64,000 nt of DNA from Candidatus Omnitrophota bacterium (GCA_028703535.1 JAQVMQ010000001.1:8818-72817), one strand, 5' to 3'; shown: positions 1 to 10,140, counted from the first letter of the stretch. Notes: generated from the sequence alone by a model not told the origin. A program made the numbers and translations.

Positions 1-795
1 TTTAAACGCCGACCCGCACAATGCAGGTACGATCTGATTTGCTAGCGTTCCTTTACGAATAGCTTTCATCAACTCATCAGCCGTTATACTTTCACCGCCT
101 TCAAGATATTTTTCCATCAAAGAATCATCAAGTTCAACAGCCTTTTCCAACATTATGTGTTGGTATTCTTTTGCTTTTTCAATAATGTCCTGAGGGATAT
201 CTTCCAAATGAAATTCCTTACCCTGTGTAGCATCATCAAAGACACAAGCTTTCATCTGCAGTAAATCAACCACTCCTCGAAAATTATCTTCTGCCCCTAT
301 AGGTATCTGTAAAGGTATAACATTCGCTTCAAGATCTTTGGTTATTCCCTCGATAACTTCATAAAAATTAGCACCTATGCGGTCCATTTTATTAACAAAC
401 GCTATCTTAGGTACATTGTATTTTTCTGACTGGCGCCAAACCGTTTCGCTCTGAGGTTCAACACCTCCGACAGCACAAAACACAGCAACGGCACCGTCTA
501 AAATGCGCAAAGAACGTTCAACTTCTACCGTAAAATCAACGTGTCCCGGTGTATCAATGATATTTATACGGTGATTTTTCCAAAAACAAGTAGTAGCCGC
601 AGACGTTATAGTTATTCCCCGTTCCTGTTCCTGTTTCATCCAGTCCATCTGTGCGGCGCCATCGTGTACTTCGCCAATTTTATGTGATTTACCCGTATAA
701 TACAGGATATGTTCAGTAACCGTTGTTTTTCCTGCATCAATATGGGCCATGATCCCTATATTCCGCACTTTATCGATACTTACTTGTCTAGCCAT
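1..795 (-). CDS. EF-G family translational GTPase paralog, N-terminal 265 codons; the gene continues past the left window edge
   Basis: Absent from the ORF track because it is truncated. Reverse-strand translation from ATG (793-795): [25 protein letters not shown]...DTPGHVDF...NKMD...LCGSAFK, in frame down to nt 1. GGAGAG Shine-Dalgarno at 801-806. Confidence 0.9.
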   Translation of the reverse strand, partial: MARQVSIDKVRNIGIMAHIDAGKTTVTEHILYYTGKSHKIGEVHDGAAQMDWMKQEQERGITITSAATTCFWKNHRINIIDTPGHVDFTVEVERSLRILDGAVAVFCAVGGVEPQSETVWRQSEKYNVPKIAFVNKMDRIGANFYEVIEGITKDLEANVIPLQIPIGAEDNFRGVVDLLQMKACVFDDATQGKEFHLEDIPQDIIEKAKEYQHIMLEKAVELDDSLMEKYLEGGESITADELMKAIRKGTLANQIVPALCGSAFK

Positions 796-1066
796 AACAT
801 CTCTCCTTTATAATTCATATTTTAATATTTGAGGGCTTATTATAATAAAAAATACAAAAAAATCAATATAATTCTATAGACCATAATGTTAAAGCGTTTT
901 TACCACTACCAACTCCAAACCCGCATTGGAGTTGGGCTACTACCTACTAATCCTTACCGCTGAATTTTAAGATAACTGGCGTATCCGTAAGGTATCAGAC
1001 CTCCAAACTTAGCATCATCAAAAATACCAAGAACCTTAGTATAAAGGTAAAATTAAACACTTACGA

Positions 1067-2305
1067 TTACAAACCCGATTTCTCTTCACGTAACGCCATT
1101 ATTCGATGTAATACAGGCGGATGAGTATATTCCGTAAATACCTTTAATTTGTGCGGCGTAAGATTATTGAGACTATCTGAAGAAAGTTTTTTCAGTGCAG
1201 CTATCAAGTATTCACTATCCCCTGTAGAGGTTAACGCATATTTATCCGCTTCAAACTCATGTGCCCTAGAAAACCAATTTGACAAAATACCAAATAAATA
1301 GTTCACCGGATTATAGACAAACAAAAAAAGAAATAAACCCATGTGAACCGTGAAATTATCAATACCGATAAATGAATGAACATATTCAGACGAAATGAAC
1401 CCCTGCATAAGGATAAACATTACAGCAGAAGTCACTAATGAGATCAACAATCCTTTAAGCATATGTTTTTTCTTATAATGACCTACTTCATGCGCAAGAA
1501 CAGCGACGATCTCGGATACCGAAAAATTATTTATCAGATTATCGAAAAGACCAATCCGTTTATTTCTTCCAAACCCTGTAAAAAAGGCATTCGGCTTAGT
1601 AGTACGTTTTGAAGCATTGACTGAAAAAATACCTCTAATAGTATAATTCTGCCCGGAAATATATTTCTCAATTTCGTTTTTAAGTTCTCCGTCATCTAAT
1701 GCAACAAACTTATAAAAAAGCGGTAAAATGAGTACCGGCGAAATATAAACCACAAATAATTCAAAGAACGCAACTGTTAAAAGACACCATAGCCACGTCA
1801 ATGTACCGGCAATATTAAAAAAATAAAGAACACAAAATAATAATACCCCGCCCAAAACTAACGATAAAAAAATCTTTTTTATAAAATCCATGAAAAAGAT
1901 CCGACCGTTCATTTTATTGAAGCCGTATTTGGCTTCTATAACAAACGTTGTATATGCCGAAAACGGTAAACAAAAAACTTCAGAACAAACATACAAAATC
2001 AAAAAGAAGATAACACCCTGAAAAATCTGATTATCAGTCACATAGCCAACAGCATCCTGTAAATACAAAAAACCGCCGAAATAAAGAAAGAGTATCACAA
2101 CTGCCGTCACGGCCCCGTTTTCTACAATACTGAGAAAAGTCTTATCTTTAAGATAGTTCTGCGAAGCAGCGTATTTATCGGAAAGATATATTTCCTTAAA
2201 TTCATCAGGAACAACAGGATCAAACACTTTTAAGTTCAAAACATCGACTGTTGCTTGAAATAAAAACAAAATTATAGTCAGCAATATTATAAACGTTATA
2301 AACAT
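1067..2305 (-). CDS. M48 family (Ste24/HtpX-like) integral-membrane zinc metalloprotease
   Basis: Multiple N-terminal TM segments; HEVGHYKKKH (HExxH); downstream EFEADKYA glutamate motif; ATG with GGAGGA SD. Confidence 0.85.
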   Translation of the reverse strand: MFITFIILLTIILFLFQATVDVLNLKVFDPVVPDEFKEIYLSDKYAASQNYLKDKTFLSIVENGAVTAVVILFLYFGGFLYLQDAVGYVTDNQIFQGVIFFLILYVCSEVFCLPFSAYTTFVIEAKYGFNKMNGRIFFMDFIKKIFLSLVLGGVLLFCVLYFFNIAGTLTWLWCLLTVAFFELFVVYISPVLILPLFYKFVALDDGELKNEIEKYISGQNYTIRGIFSVNASKRTTKPNAFFTGFGRNKRIGLFDNLINNFSVSEIVAVLAHEVGHYKKKHMLKGLLISLVTSAVMFILMQGFISSEYVHSFIGIDNFTVHMGLFLFLFVYNPVNYLFGILSNWFSRAHEFEADKYALTSTGDSEYLIAALKKLSSDSLNNLTPHKLKVFTEYTHPPVLHRIMALREEKSGL

Positions 2306-2412
2306 ACATCATCCTCCATTTCATTTGTGGTATTATATAGCCAGCACTTAATAAATCAAAATAATAATTTTCATATTGACTCAATCAAATAAAAGTATTA
2401 AGTTAAATTGTA

Positions 2413-3183
2413 ATGAGAAAATGGTATTTTCATAAGTTTATATCGCAAAAAACGGCCATCTTAACCATATTGCTTCTTTTGCCCATTGTGTCAGTTCATC
2501 CACAACCGCCCAAGGATAACGCAATAACAACACTAGATTTGGCTTTTCGTTCTTCAGTAAAAGTTATAGTCGATAATACTCTAAACGTTAAAGGGCCCTC
2601 CGGATTAGTAAGAACACCTGACAATAGATTAGTGAAACTTGATAAAATACGCACGCTTAACTATCGACGTACCGGTGTCGGCGTAATTGCAACAGCATCC
2701 GGGATAATAATAACAAACGCGCATATAGTCAAAGACGGCGGACGAATAAAAATCATCTTCGCTGATAACACCGAAACTACCGCTCAGCCTTTGTGGCTGA
2801 ATGTCCCGGACGATATTGCATTTCTAAAGATTGCTAAGCCTGATAAATTCGTATACATAACCTTTTCCAACTCGAATAATACAAAAACACAGCAAGACAT
2901 TTACACAATAGGCAGTTCTAAATTTATTAAAGGTCAGATGACACGCGGAAAAATAACAGGTATAGGCCGGCAAAAACAAACACCAAAAAATATCGCAATG
3001 ATACAAACTTCTATTTCGATATATAAAGGCGACAGCGGCTCGCCGTTATTCGATAAAAAAGGAGAATTTATAGGTATGCTAAGCGCCAAACAGACCAACA
3101 GCCCTTATTATAGCATAGCCATACCTGCAAATATAATCGCACAACATCTTTTAAATTATATGAAATCAGAAAAGAAGCTATAA
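2413..3183 (+). CDS. Secreted trypsin-like (S1) serine protease without PDZ domain
   Basis: N-terminal signal/TM segment. Catalytic triad context TNAHIV (His), DDIAFLKI (Asp), GDSGSPLFD (Ser). Confidence 0.8.
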   Translation: MRKWYFHKFISQKTAILTILLLLPIVSVHPQPPKDNAITTLDLAFRSSVKVIVDNTLNVKGPSGLVRTPDNRLVKLDKIRTLNYRRTGVGVIATASGIIITNAHIVKDGGRIKIIFADNTETTAQPLWLNVPDDIAFLKIAKPDKFVYITFSNSNNTKTQQDIYTIGSSKFIKGQMTRGKITGIGRQKQTPKNIAMIQTSISIYKGDSGSPLFDKKGEFIGMLSAKQTNSPYYSIAIPANIIAQHLLNYMKSEKKL

Positions 3184-3208
3184 GTCGTAAGCTCTAAGCT
3201 TTACGCCT
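3181..3208. repeat. Four tandem degenerate heptamers TAAGTCG-TAAGCTC-TAAGCTT-TACGCCT spanning the stop codons of two convergent genes
   Basis: Read directly. A bulged hairpin cgtaaGCtctaaGCTTtacg is also possible here. Member of the 7-nt-periodic intergenic family described in findings. Confidence 0.45.
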
Positions 3209-3628
3209 ACTTAAAAAGTCATTTATTTTATAGGTAGATACTTGAGCAAACCTTGCAACCTTATATTGTTTTTCATCTTCGGTAATCAATATAGCAGAAT
3301 GTTTTTTAGCAATTAAAATATAAATTAAATCGCCAGCTTTTATATATGGAACATTTAAATCCATATATTCTTTGATAAAATTTTTATCAATATAAACCAC
3401 TTTTGGAGATAGCAAACAAAACTTGTTCAATATATCATCAGTTTTAAAATTATTATTGAGTCTCTCGTTTTCAATTGCAGTTTTAAGCTCTAACACAGCA
3501 TATATTGGTATTGTTATATTAATTTTATTTGATTTAATATACTGCTCTAACCTAAAAGCCAACTCATGGCGTTTTCTAGAAACAATAAACATATCTGTTA
3601 GGACAGATGCGTCAAGGACTACTTCCAT
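3194..3628 (-). CDS. PIN-domain protein (VapC-like predicted RNase); no cognate antitoxin ORF seen
   Basis: N-terminal VVLDASVL (acidic Asp), LELKTA Glu, C-terminal ILITEDE; size typical of PIN. Lies 42 nt downstream of, and co-directional with, the EF-G fusion gene. Confidence 0.7.
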   Translation of the reverse strand: MEVVLDASVLTDMFIVSRKRHELAFRLEQYIKSNKINITIPIYAVLELKTAIENERLNNNFKTDDILNKFCLLSPKVVYIDKNFIKEYMDLNVPYIKAGDLIYILIAKKHSAILITEDEKQYKVARFAQVSTYKINDFLSRRKA

Positions 3629-3643
3629 TCTTTGTCTTTCACA

Positions 3644-3671
3644 CTTATAGCTTAAAACTTATAGCTAAGAT
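3644..3671. repeat. 14-nt direct repeat x2 (cttatagcttaaaa / cttatagctaagat), i.e. heptamer-phased TAGCTTA-AAACTTA-TAGCTAA, between the EF-G-fusion stop and the PIN start
   Basis: Read directly; 11 of 14 positions identical between the two units. Confidence 0.5.
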
Positions 3672-6600
3672 TATTTCTCTTCACTTTTACGTTTCTTGAC
3701 TTCTTCAACTATTTTAGCTGTCGCCTCACTAGGCACCGGCTCATACCTTGAAAACTTCAAAGAAAAAGTTGCTCTACCGCTACTCAACGATCTAAAAGTC
3801 TGAGCATACCCGAACATCTCTGAAAGCGGCGCTTCAGCTTTTATCTCTTTCTGCGAGCCGTTGACATCCATACTAAGGATTTTCCCTCGTTTGGAACATA
3901 TATATCCAACAATATTGCTTACATATTCCTCAGGAGTAAGAACGCTGATCTCCATATACGGTTCAAGCAATATCGGCCCGGCATCCATAAACGTATTTTT
4001 AAAACATGTACGAGCCGCGACTTTAAACGCCAACTCAGACGAATCAACTTCATGATATGAACCGTCAAGCAATGTAGCCTTCACATCTACAACAGGATAT
4101 CCTGCCAATATACCGCCTTTCATTGCTTCAATAAAGCCTTTCTCCACTGCCGGTATATATGTCTGCGGGATAGCCCCGCCTTTTATTTTATTCTCAAAAA
4201 CAAAACCGGCACTCCGATCCAACGGTTCAATTTTCATTACAACATGTCCGTACTGCCCACGTCCGCCTGTCTGCTTAACATGTTTATATTCGCCTTCTTT
4301 AGATAAACTGAGCGTTTCTTTATAGGATACTTTCGGAGGGCTGACATCTGCATTAACTTTGAACTCCGTTTTTATCCTGTCTACAATGATCTCAAGATGC
4401 AGCTCACCCATCCCTGACAATATAATCTCGTTTGTCTCCTGATCTGTTTCAACAGTAAAGGTCGGATCTTCTTCAACTAATTTCATTATCGCTTTATTAA
4501 GTTTATCCTGATCCTGCCGGCTTCTCGGTGTAACACTTATAGATACGACAGGGACAGGAAACTCTATTGTCTCAAGAATAACCGGCCGATTAACCGAACA
4601 TAAAGTATCTCCCGTAGTCGTATTGTTTAATCCAACAGCTGCAGCAATATCTCCGGCAGCAATAACATTAATATTTTCTTTCTGATTTGCATGCATCTGT
4701 AAAATACGACCTATACGCTCTTTCTTGCCTTTCGTAGCGTTAAAGACATAGGACCCTGCCTGCAAACATCCCGAATAAACCCGGAAATAAATCAATTTGC
4801 CCACATGCGGATCGGCTTGGACCTTAAATGCTAAGGCAGAAAAGGGTTCATTCGTAGCCGCTGATATAACTATCTTTTTTTCATGATCAGCCGGATCATC
4901 CGCCTCAATAGGCGGCAAATCAATAGGTGACGGTAGAAAATCTTTAACAGCATCTAACAAAGTCTGCACGCCTTTATTTTTTAAAGCTGAGCCACACAAT
5001 ATCGGTACAAGTTTATTGGTAACAGTTCCTTTACGCAATGCTTTACGAACCTCATCTTTCGTAACAGACTCCGGCCCTTTAAGATATTTCTCCATAAGAC
5101 CTTCATCAACCTCTAGAGCCTTATCTATCAGCTTTTGATGATACTCTTTTACTTTTTCAGCTATATCAGACGGAATATCTATTTCTTCAATTTCCTTACC
5201 AAGATCATCTTTATACATATACGCTTTGCCTTCTATCAAATCAACAAAGCCTTTAAATTCGCTCTCAGCACCTATCGGTAACTGAATAACCGCGACATTA
5301 GCTTCAAGCCTATTCTCAATACTGTTGACAACCTTAAAAAAATCAGCACCCATCCTATCCATTTTATTAATAAAGGCAATCTTAGGTACATGATATTTAT
5401 CCGACTGACGCCAAACAGTTTCAGATTGTGCCTCAACGCCACCCACCGCACAAAAAACAACAACCGCGCCGTCCAAAACCCGCAAAGAACGTTCTACCTC
5501 AGCGGTAAAATCAACGTGCCCCGGTGTATCAATGATATTTATACGTGTATCTTTCCAAAAACAGGTAGTAGCCGCGGACGTAATAGTAATACCTCGTTCT
5601 TGTTCCTGCTTCATCCAATCCATCTGCGCAGCACCATCATGAACTTCTCCGATCTTATGCGACTTCCCTGTATAAAATAATATACGTTCGCTTATTGTTG
5701 TTTTTCCTGAATCTATATGCGCAATTATCCCGATATTGCGTAGTTTTTCAAAATCAACAGAAATATCAAGGTCTTCATCATCATCCGCGTGTGCATTTAT
5801 AACCGCATTATCCAAAGAAACGTCATCCCGAGATTCACTAACTTTACCATTATTTGTCTCCGGCACAATTTCTATAACTTTATCCGGGGAGATTGCAACA
5901 TCGTCCGATAAGACATCATCCGATAAGACCTCATCCTCAACAGACAGACCATGTTCAGAAACATTCTCATCGGATAACATCTCTGCTTCAGTATCGCTAA
6001 TCGATTGAGTATCTTCATCCGTATCCGTAATAATTTCTTTTTCAATTGGTCCAATAACTCTTGAGCTCTTAAGTTCATCAATAGTTTTTTTTAATTCATC
6101 AACCAAGCTATCTCTATGCTCAAGCTGTTTACCTCGATAATCTAAATCGCCTTTGAGTATCTCAAACTCCTCTTCAAGTGCGTGATATTCATCTCTTGAT
6201 ACCCAGTCGCTCTGTTCCATTTTACGTAACGCGTCATTAAGCTTACTTTTAACTGCTTGTTCACTTTTTAATACCGTATCAAGCCTATCTGTCAAAATAC
6301 GTATTTCTTTATCTTTTTCAAAAGACTTATTGGTAAGATCGGAAATGTCACTCTGTAAATCAGAATTTTCACTTTTTATTTTTATGTTTTTAGAAAATTC
6401 TCTCTCAAGTTCAATATCTTTGTCAATAATACGTTGTTTGAGCTCAGCAAGCTGGTTATACAATTTTTCAACCTGTTTCTTCTCTTTCTCTTCCCACTCT
6501 TTCTCCTTAGATATTGCAGTTTCAAGTTCAGAGTTTTTCTTAGACAATAAGGCTATCTTCTTTGTTTTTTCATCTATATCTTTATCCGCCAGCTCAAGTT

Positions 6601-6781
6601 TTGCGTTAAGTCCCGATAACTGTTCTTTCAACTTTTCGCCATGTTCTCTTAAATTTTGAACAGTTTGTTTAAGATTTTCTTTGTCAACTTTCTGTTTTCG
6701 TTTTTTAGGGTTGGGTTGATTAACCGCATAAAGACTCAAGCCCACACCGGCAAGCACCAATACTGCTAAAATAAATTCCAT
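3671..6781 (-). CDS. TM-anchor + coiled-coil + acidic linker fused to a complete EF-G (1036 aa)
   Basis: Single uninterrupted ORF; ATG at 6779-6781 with GGGGAGAG SD. aa 3-19 hydrophobic helix then KKRKQK; aa ~30-240 K/E/L heptad-rich; aa ~245-345 D/E/S-rich. From aa ~346: [53 protein letters not shown], i.e. a full five-domain EF-G. Confidence 0.9.
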   Translation of the reverse strand: MEFILAVLVLAGVGLSLYAVNQPNPKKRKQKVDKENLKQTVQNLREHGEKLKEQLSGLNAKLELADKDIDEKTKKIALLSKKNSELETAISKEKEWEEKEKKQVEKLYNQLAELKQRIIDKDIELEREFSKNIKIKSENSDLQSDISDLTNKSFEKDKEIRILTDRLDTVLKSEQAVKSKLNDALRKMEQSDWVSRDEYHALEEEFEILKGDLDYRGKQLEHRDSLVDELKKTIDELKSSRVIGPIEKEIITDTDEDTQSISDTEAEMLSDENVSEHGLSVEDEVLSDDVLSDDVAISPDKVIEIVPETNNGKVSESRDDVSLDNAVINAHADDDEDLDISVDFEKLRNIGIIAHIDSGKTTISERILFYTGKSHKIGEVHDGAAQMDWMKQEQERGITITSAATTCFWKDTRINIIDTPGHVDFTAEVERSLRVLDGAVVVFCAVGGVEAQSETVWRQSDKYHVPKIAFINKMDRMGADFFKVVNSIENRLEANVAVIQLPIGAESEFKGFVDLIEGKAYMYKDDLGKEIEEIDIPSDIAEKVKEYHQKLIDKALEVDEGLMEKYLKGPESVTKDEVRKALRKGTVTNKLVPILCGSALKNKGVQTLLDAVKDFLPSPIDLPPIEADDPADHEKKIVISAATNEPFSALAFKVQADPHVGKLIYFRVYSGCLQAGSYVFNATKGKKERIGRILQMHANQKENINVIAAGDIAAAVGLNNTTTGDTLCSVNRPVILETIEFPVPVVSISVTPRSRQDQDKLNKAIMKLVEEDPTFTVETDQETNEIILSGMGELHLEIIVDRIKTEFKVNADVSPPKVSYKETLSLSKEGEYKHVKQTGGRGQYGHVVMKIEPLDRSAGFVFENKIKGGAIPQTYIPAVEKGFIEAMKGGILAGYPVVDVKATLLDGSYHEVDSSELAFKVAARTCFKNTFMDAGPILLEPYMEISVLTPEEYVSNIVGYICSKRGKILSMDVNGSQKEIKAEAPLSEMFGYAQTFRSLSSGRATFSLKFSRYEPVPSEATAKIVEEVKKRKSEEK

Positions 6782-6820
6782 TTGCTCTCCCCGAAAGAAT
6801 TTTGTAAGTTATAAGTATTT

Positions 6821-6850
6821 ATAATAACATATAACTCGCACCGATTTCAA
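6821..6850 (-). promoter_or_regulatory. Candidate sigma70-type promoter for the EF-G fusion gene (TTGAAA-N18-TATTAT)
   Basis: Reverse complement of tttcaa (6845-6850) and ataata (6821-6826); about 40 nt upstream of the ATG. Sequence match only. Confidence 0.3.
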
Positions 6851-7037
6851 CTCAATTTTGAAATAGTGCTCCGCCAGTAAATAGTCGATAGATACCTTGT
6901 CGTGAAGATATTGAAAAAATTTATAATTATTGCTTATTTGTTAAAGACCCTTGACTTTTCAAACGACAAAAAACTATCTATAAATAAAAAGTTTAATAAA
7001 CCAATCTCGCATTATACATTTCCAGCGACACTCCTAA

Positions 7038-7070
7038 CTTTACATTTCGAGCAACACTCGAAATGTAAAG
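7038..7070. other. Perfect 14-bp inverted repeat (CTTTACATTTCGAG caaca CTCGAAATGTAAAG)
   Basis: Arms 7038-7051 and 7057-7070, 5-nt spacer. No flanking U/T tract on either strand, so not a canonical terminator. Confidence 0.6.
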
Positions 7071-7354
7071 AAGATATCCTAAACCAAAGAAAGTGTGAAT
7101 TATGCAAAACCTAAAACTTAACATTTTCGCGTGATAAAAGATTAACATCTTGACTTAGTAATAACACTACTTAACATGTAGTTCCACAGAATCTTTAGCA
7201 TTATATCTTTACGTTCTAATATAAACAGTCCGTGCAGCTCCTTACAAACCTATATGTATATAGTCATATTTGCCTACTGGAGATATACAATACCTATTAA
7301 TACATCACAACCACTGTCTCCCTTTTTTCCACACTTTAACAGCTCTTATTTCAA

Positions 7355-7392
7355 GTGTCTGCCAGTCTGCAGGCAATAGCACTGGCGGACAC
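7355..7392. other. 12-bp stem hairpin / inverted repeat (GTGTCTGCCAGT...ACTGGCGGACAC) with 14-nt loop
   Basis: Arms 7355-7366 and 7381-7392. The single T:G position is a wobble only if transcribed from the plus strand. Locally GC-rich within an AT-rich 760-nt non-coding region. Confidence 0.5.
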
Positions 7393-7473
7393 AGTAAGCC
7401 GACAACGCTAACGGCTCCAACAACATTAATATAAACTATCGGGTTAGTCCCCTAAGTAATACACACGGGAAAC

Positions 7474-7494
7474 GGCTAAAAACTAAAGACTAAT
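7474..7494. repeat. Three tandem heptamers GGCTAAA-AACTAAA-GACTAAT
   Basis: Read directly. A related pair CGCTAAC-GGCTCCA lies at 7406-7419. Confidence 0.5.
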
Positions 7495-7542
7495 TTCCCT
7501 TGACCTTTATACAACAATAAGTAAAATAATATTACTTTCTTT

Positions 7543-10140
7543 ATGTATAAACGAATAATTTCAATCTTTAGCATAGGAGTTATTATCATGCAAACACAAG
7601 GCCTTTGCGCGTTCAATCCTCATATCACAAAACAAAAACTTAAAAACGGGATGGTCTGCCTTATTGATGAACGCCCCAAAACCAAGATGTTTGCCGTAAA
7701 TATACGAATAAACGCCGGAAGTTCAACGGAAGATATGTTCCTGGGCACAGGCATATCTCACCTTGCAGAGCATATGGCCTTTAAAGCAACCCGCAATTAT
7801 CCCGTGGGCGAAATAGAAAAAAAAATAAAATCATTCGGTGGAACTACGAATGCCTCTACATCTTATGATTCAACATCCTTCTATATTTTGGCACCATCAG
7901 AACATTTCTCTGAAATAATTGAAATACTGAAAGAAATGATCTTTTTCCCCATAGCAAACGACAAAGAGTTTGAAGATGAAAAAAGCGTTATATTGAAAGA
8001 ATTGATAATGTATAACGACCGGCCTGAATCTAAAATATCGGAACTGCTTTTTGATACCGCATATATCGCACACCCTTACAAACATCCGATTATCGGACAT
8101 GAAGAAAATTTCAAATTATTAACCTATAAAAACTTGTCTGATTACCGTGATAAATATTATGTACCCAACAATATGGTACTTTCTATAGTTGGCGACATAA
8201 AAACACAGCCTGCCTTAGATATACTTGAAAACGTTTTTTCGGAAATAAAAACCAATAAATACCCAACCACAATACTGCAAAACGAGCCAGAACAGATAAT
8301 AAATCGTGCGGCATCTCAAACCGACGAGATATCAGTAGCGTATATAGCTTACGGATACCCCAGTGTCCCGTTGTTAGATAAAGATCTGTTCGCGCTGGAT
8401 ATTTTAGCCTCAATCCTTGGCCGTGGGGACGGATCAAGGCTAAATAAAAAAATAGTAAAAGAAAAACAACTGGCAAGAACTGTCTCGGCTTCAAATTACA
8501 CGCCGAAATCAAAAGGTCTATTTGTTATCGAAACAATTGCCGACCCGGAAAATATTGATACAGTGAACGAACTTATAAAAAACGAGATCGAAACAATAAA
8601 AACAAAGCCTGTCTCAACTGATGAACTTCAAAAAGCCAAAGCATTACTGATAAGTGATAATATATTTGACCAGGAAGATCTGGTCAATGTTGCCGCGACC
8701 CTTACGCGTGATGAGATGTTTACCGGCGATTTTCTTTTTAGCGAAAAATACATAGAAAAAATAAATGAGGTAACTCCTGATGAGATAGCTGACGCCGCAA
8801 AAAAATATTTAAACAACAAAAACGAAAATTACGTGACTATTCTCCCTAAAAACTTTACACAGCCCGAACAAACAAAACCTTACGATTTCATACTCCCTAA
8901 CTCCGAAACTACCAAACGGACAAAACTTAAAAATGGGCTAACCATATTAGCTGCTAAAAACAATCAAACAGAAACAGCAGTAATCTCGCTCGCGGTAGCT
9001 GCAGGCTTACGCGCAGAAAACGAAAAAAATAACGGTATATCACAAATAACTTCGCAGATGCTCCTTAAAGGCACAACTACCCGTTCCGAATCAGAAATAA
9101 AAGAAGCCTTCGAACAACGCGGCGGGCATATACACTCATTAAGCGGCAAAAATACAATTCTTATCACAGCCCAAATCTTAAAAAAAGACATCCCTTTTGC
9201 TCTGGAAATTTTAGCCGATATAATAAAAAATTCTAATTTCCCGGAAAATGAATTCGAAAAAGTTAAACAACTGGCATTATACGACATTAAACTGGAAGAT
9301 GACGATATCTTTTTAACTGCTAAAAAAGCTTTGCGCAAAGAACTTTTCATTGAACCGCCCTATTCTATGAGTGAAAGCGGTACTAAAGATAGTATAAACT
9401 CCATTACACTAGACAACGTAAAAGAATTCTTTTCAAAATACGTTATAACAGGAACCATGAGTCTTTCTATATGCGGAGATATCGACTACGCAGAAATATT
9501 CCCTCTTATTGAACTAAACTTCTCCGATATAGAGAAAAAAAACAACGAGATTCTTTCTGAGATCAAAGTTCCTGCCGTTACTGGCAGCAAAACAGTAAAC
9601 ATACCGATGCAACGTGACGAAAACATAATTATACTGGGTTTTAATGGAATACCTTTCAAAAATCCCGAACGTTTTTCTTTCGAAATATTGAGTTCAATCC
9701 TGTCAAGTATGGGTGGACGGCTATTCCATGAGATACGGAATAATCTAGGCCTATCATATACACAAGGTTTTTTTTCAAGTCCTGAATATGATACCGGGAG
9801 TTTTGGATTTTTTGTCGCTACTTCGCCTCAAAATACCCAAAAAGTTATTAATGCTTTGAAAAAAGAAATCCAGAAACTAATAGATACCGGTATATCTCAA
9901 AAAGAACTTGACGATGCAAAGACTTCGCTTATTACCGGTAACAGGACATCCCTTTTACACAACAAAAACGTATCGTCCTCAATGGCAATAAACGAAACTC
10001 TGGAAATGGGGTACACCGAACTGTTTGAATATGAAAATAACATAAAAAATATCAAATTGTCCGACATAAATAAAATAATTGATAAATATCTGACGCAGGA
10101 ATATGTGACATTAATAGTAGGCCCCGAAAACAAAAAGTAA
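7543..10140 (+). CDS. M16 (pitrilysin) family zinc peptidase, tandem two-module form (865 aa)
   Basis: Signal-like N-terminus. Inverted zinc motif HLAEH (HxxEH) in the first module; the second homologous module lacks it, as is usual for M16B-like halves. Confidence 0.85.
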   Translation: MYKRIISIFSIGVIIMQTQGLCAFNPHITKQKLKNGMVCLIDERPKTKMFAVNIRINAGSSTEDMFLGTGISHLAEHMAFKATRNYPVGEIEKKIKSFGGTTNASTSYDSTSFYILAPSEHFSEIIEILKEMIFFPIANDKEFEDEKSVILKELIMYNDRPESKISELLFDTAYIAHPYKHPIIGHEENFKLLTYKNLSDYRDKYYVPNNMVLSIVGDIKTQPALDILENVFSEIKTNKYPTTILQNEPEQIINRAASQTDEISVAYIAYGYPSVPLLDKDLFALDILASILGRGDGSRLNKKIVKEKQLARTVSASNYTPKSKGLFVIETIADPENIDTVNELIKNEIETIKTKPVSTDELQKAKALLISDNIFDQEDLVNVAATLTRDEMFTGDFLFSEKYIEKINEVTPDEIADAAKKYLNNKNENYVTILPKNFTQPEQTKPYDFILPNSETTKRTKLKNGLTILAAKNNQTETAVISLAVAAGLRAENEKNNGISQITSQMLLKGTTTRSESEIKEAFEQRGGHIHSLSGKNTILITAQILKKDIPFALEILADIIKNSNFPENEFEKVKQLALYDIKLEDDDIFLTAKKALRKELFIEPPYSMSESGTKDSINSITLDNVKEFFSKYVITGTMSLSICGDIDYAEIFPLIELNFSDIEKKNNEILSEIKVPAVTGSKTVNIPMQRDENIIILGFNGIPFKNPERFSFEILSSILSSMGGRLFHEIRNNLGLSYTQGFFSSPEYDTGSFGFFVATSPQNTQKVINALKKEIQKLIDTGISQKELDDAKTSLITGNRTSLLHNKNVSSSMAINETLEMGYTELFEYENNIKNIKLSDINKIIDKYLTQEYVTLIVGPENKK

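Noticed and set aside
1-795. First and last EF-G fragments being one gene split by the window or a circular contig
   Set aside because: Joined together they would lack ~135 aa (domain II) and would be out of frame: 795 nt is 265 whole codons, while 63096-64000 is 301 codons plus 2 nt. They also differ in character, so they are distinct genes.
909-935. 9-bp hairpin (CCAACTCCA...TGGAGTTGG) between the M48 gene and the EF-G paralog, considered as a terminator or tRNA fragment
   Set aside because: No U/T tract follows on either strand, and there is no tRNA-like T-arm or anticodon architecture nearby. It is left unannotated, although flanking CTACTAC-type repeats may belong to the heptamer family.
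3194-3628. Calling the PIN gene a classical VapBC toxin-antitoxin module
   Set aside because: No antitoxin-sized ORF lies on either side; the flanks are a 42-nt repeat spacer and a convergent gene 10 nt away.
6902-7114. 70-aa ORF in the long intergenic region
   Set aside because: GTG start, no SD, K/L/N/I low-complexity composition typical of AT-rich non-coding DNA, and it runs through a perfect 14-bp palindrome. There is no supporting signal for coding.
8183-8512. Antisense or out-of-frame ORFs inside long genes
   Set aside because: Examples include 2824-3006, 3423-3650, 5390-5680, 5736-6008, 6330-6659, 8183-8512, 8964-9350, 12568-12918, 12997-13482, 15013-15450, 33041-33544, 38445-38918, 41329-41778, 46424-46999, 47695-48189, 58456-58950, 59337-59813 and 61010-61378. 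These are shadow ORFs fully embedded in well-supported genes with recognisable homolog motifs. They have low-complexity or Ser/Ile/Phe-rich composition and no SD.
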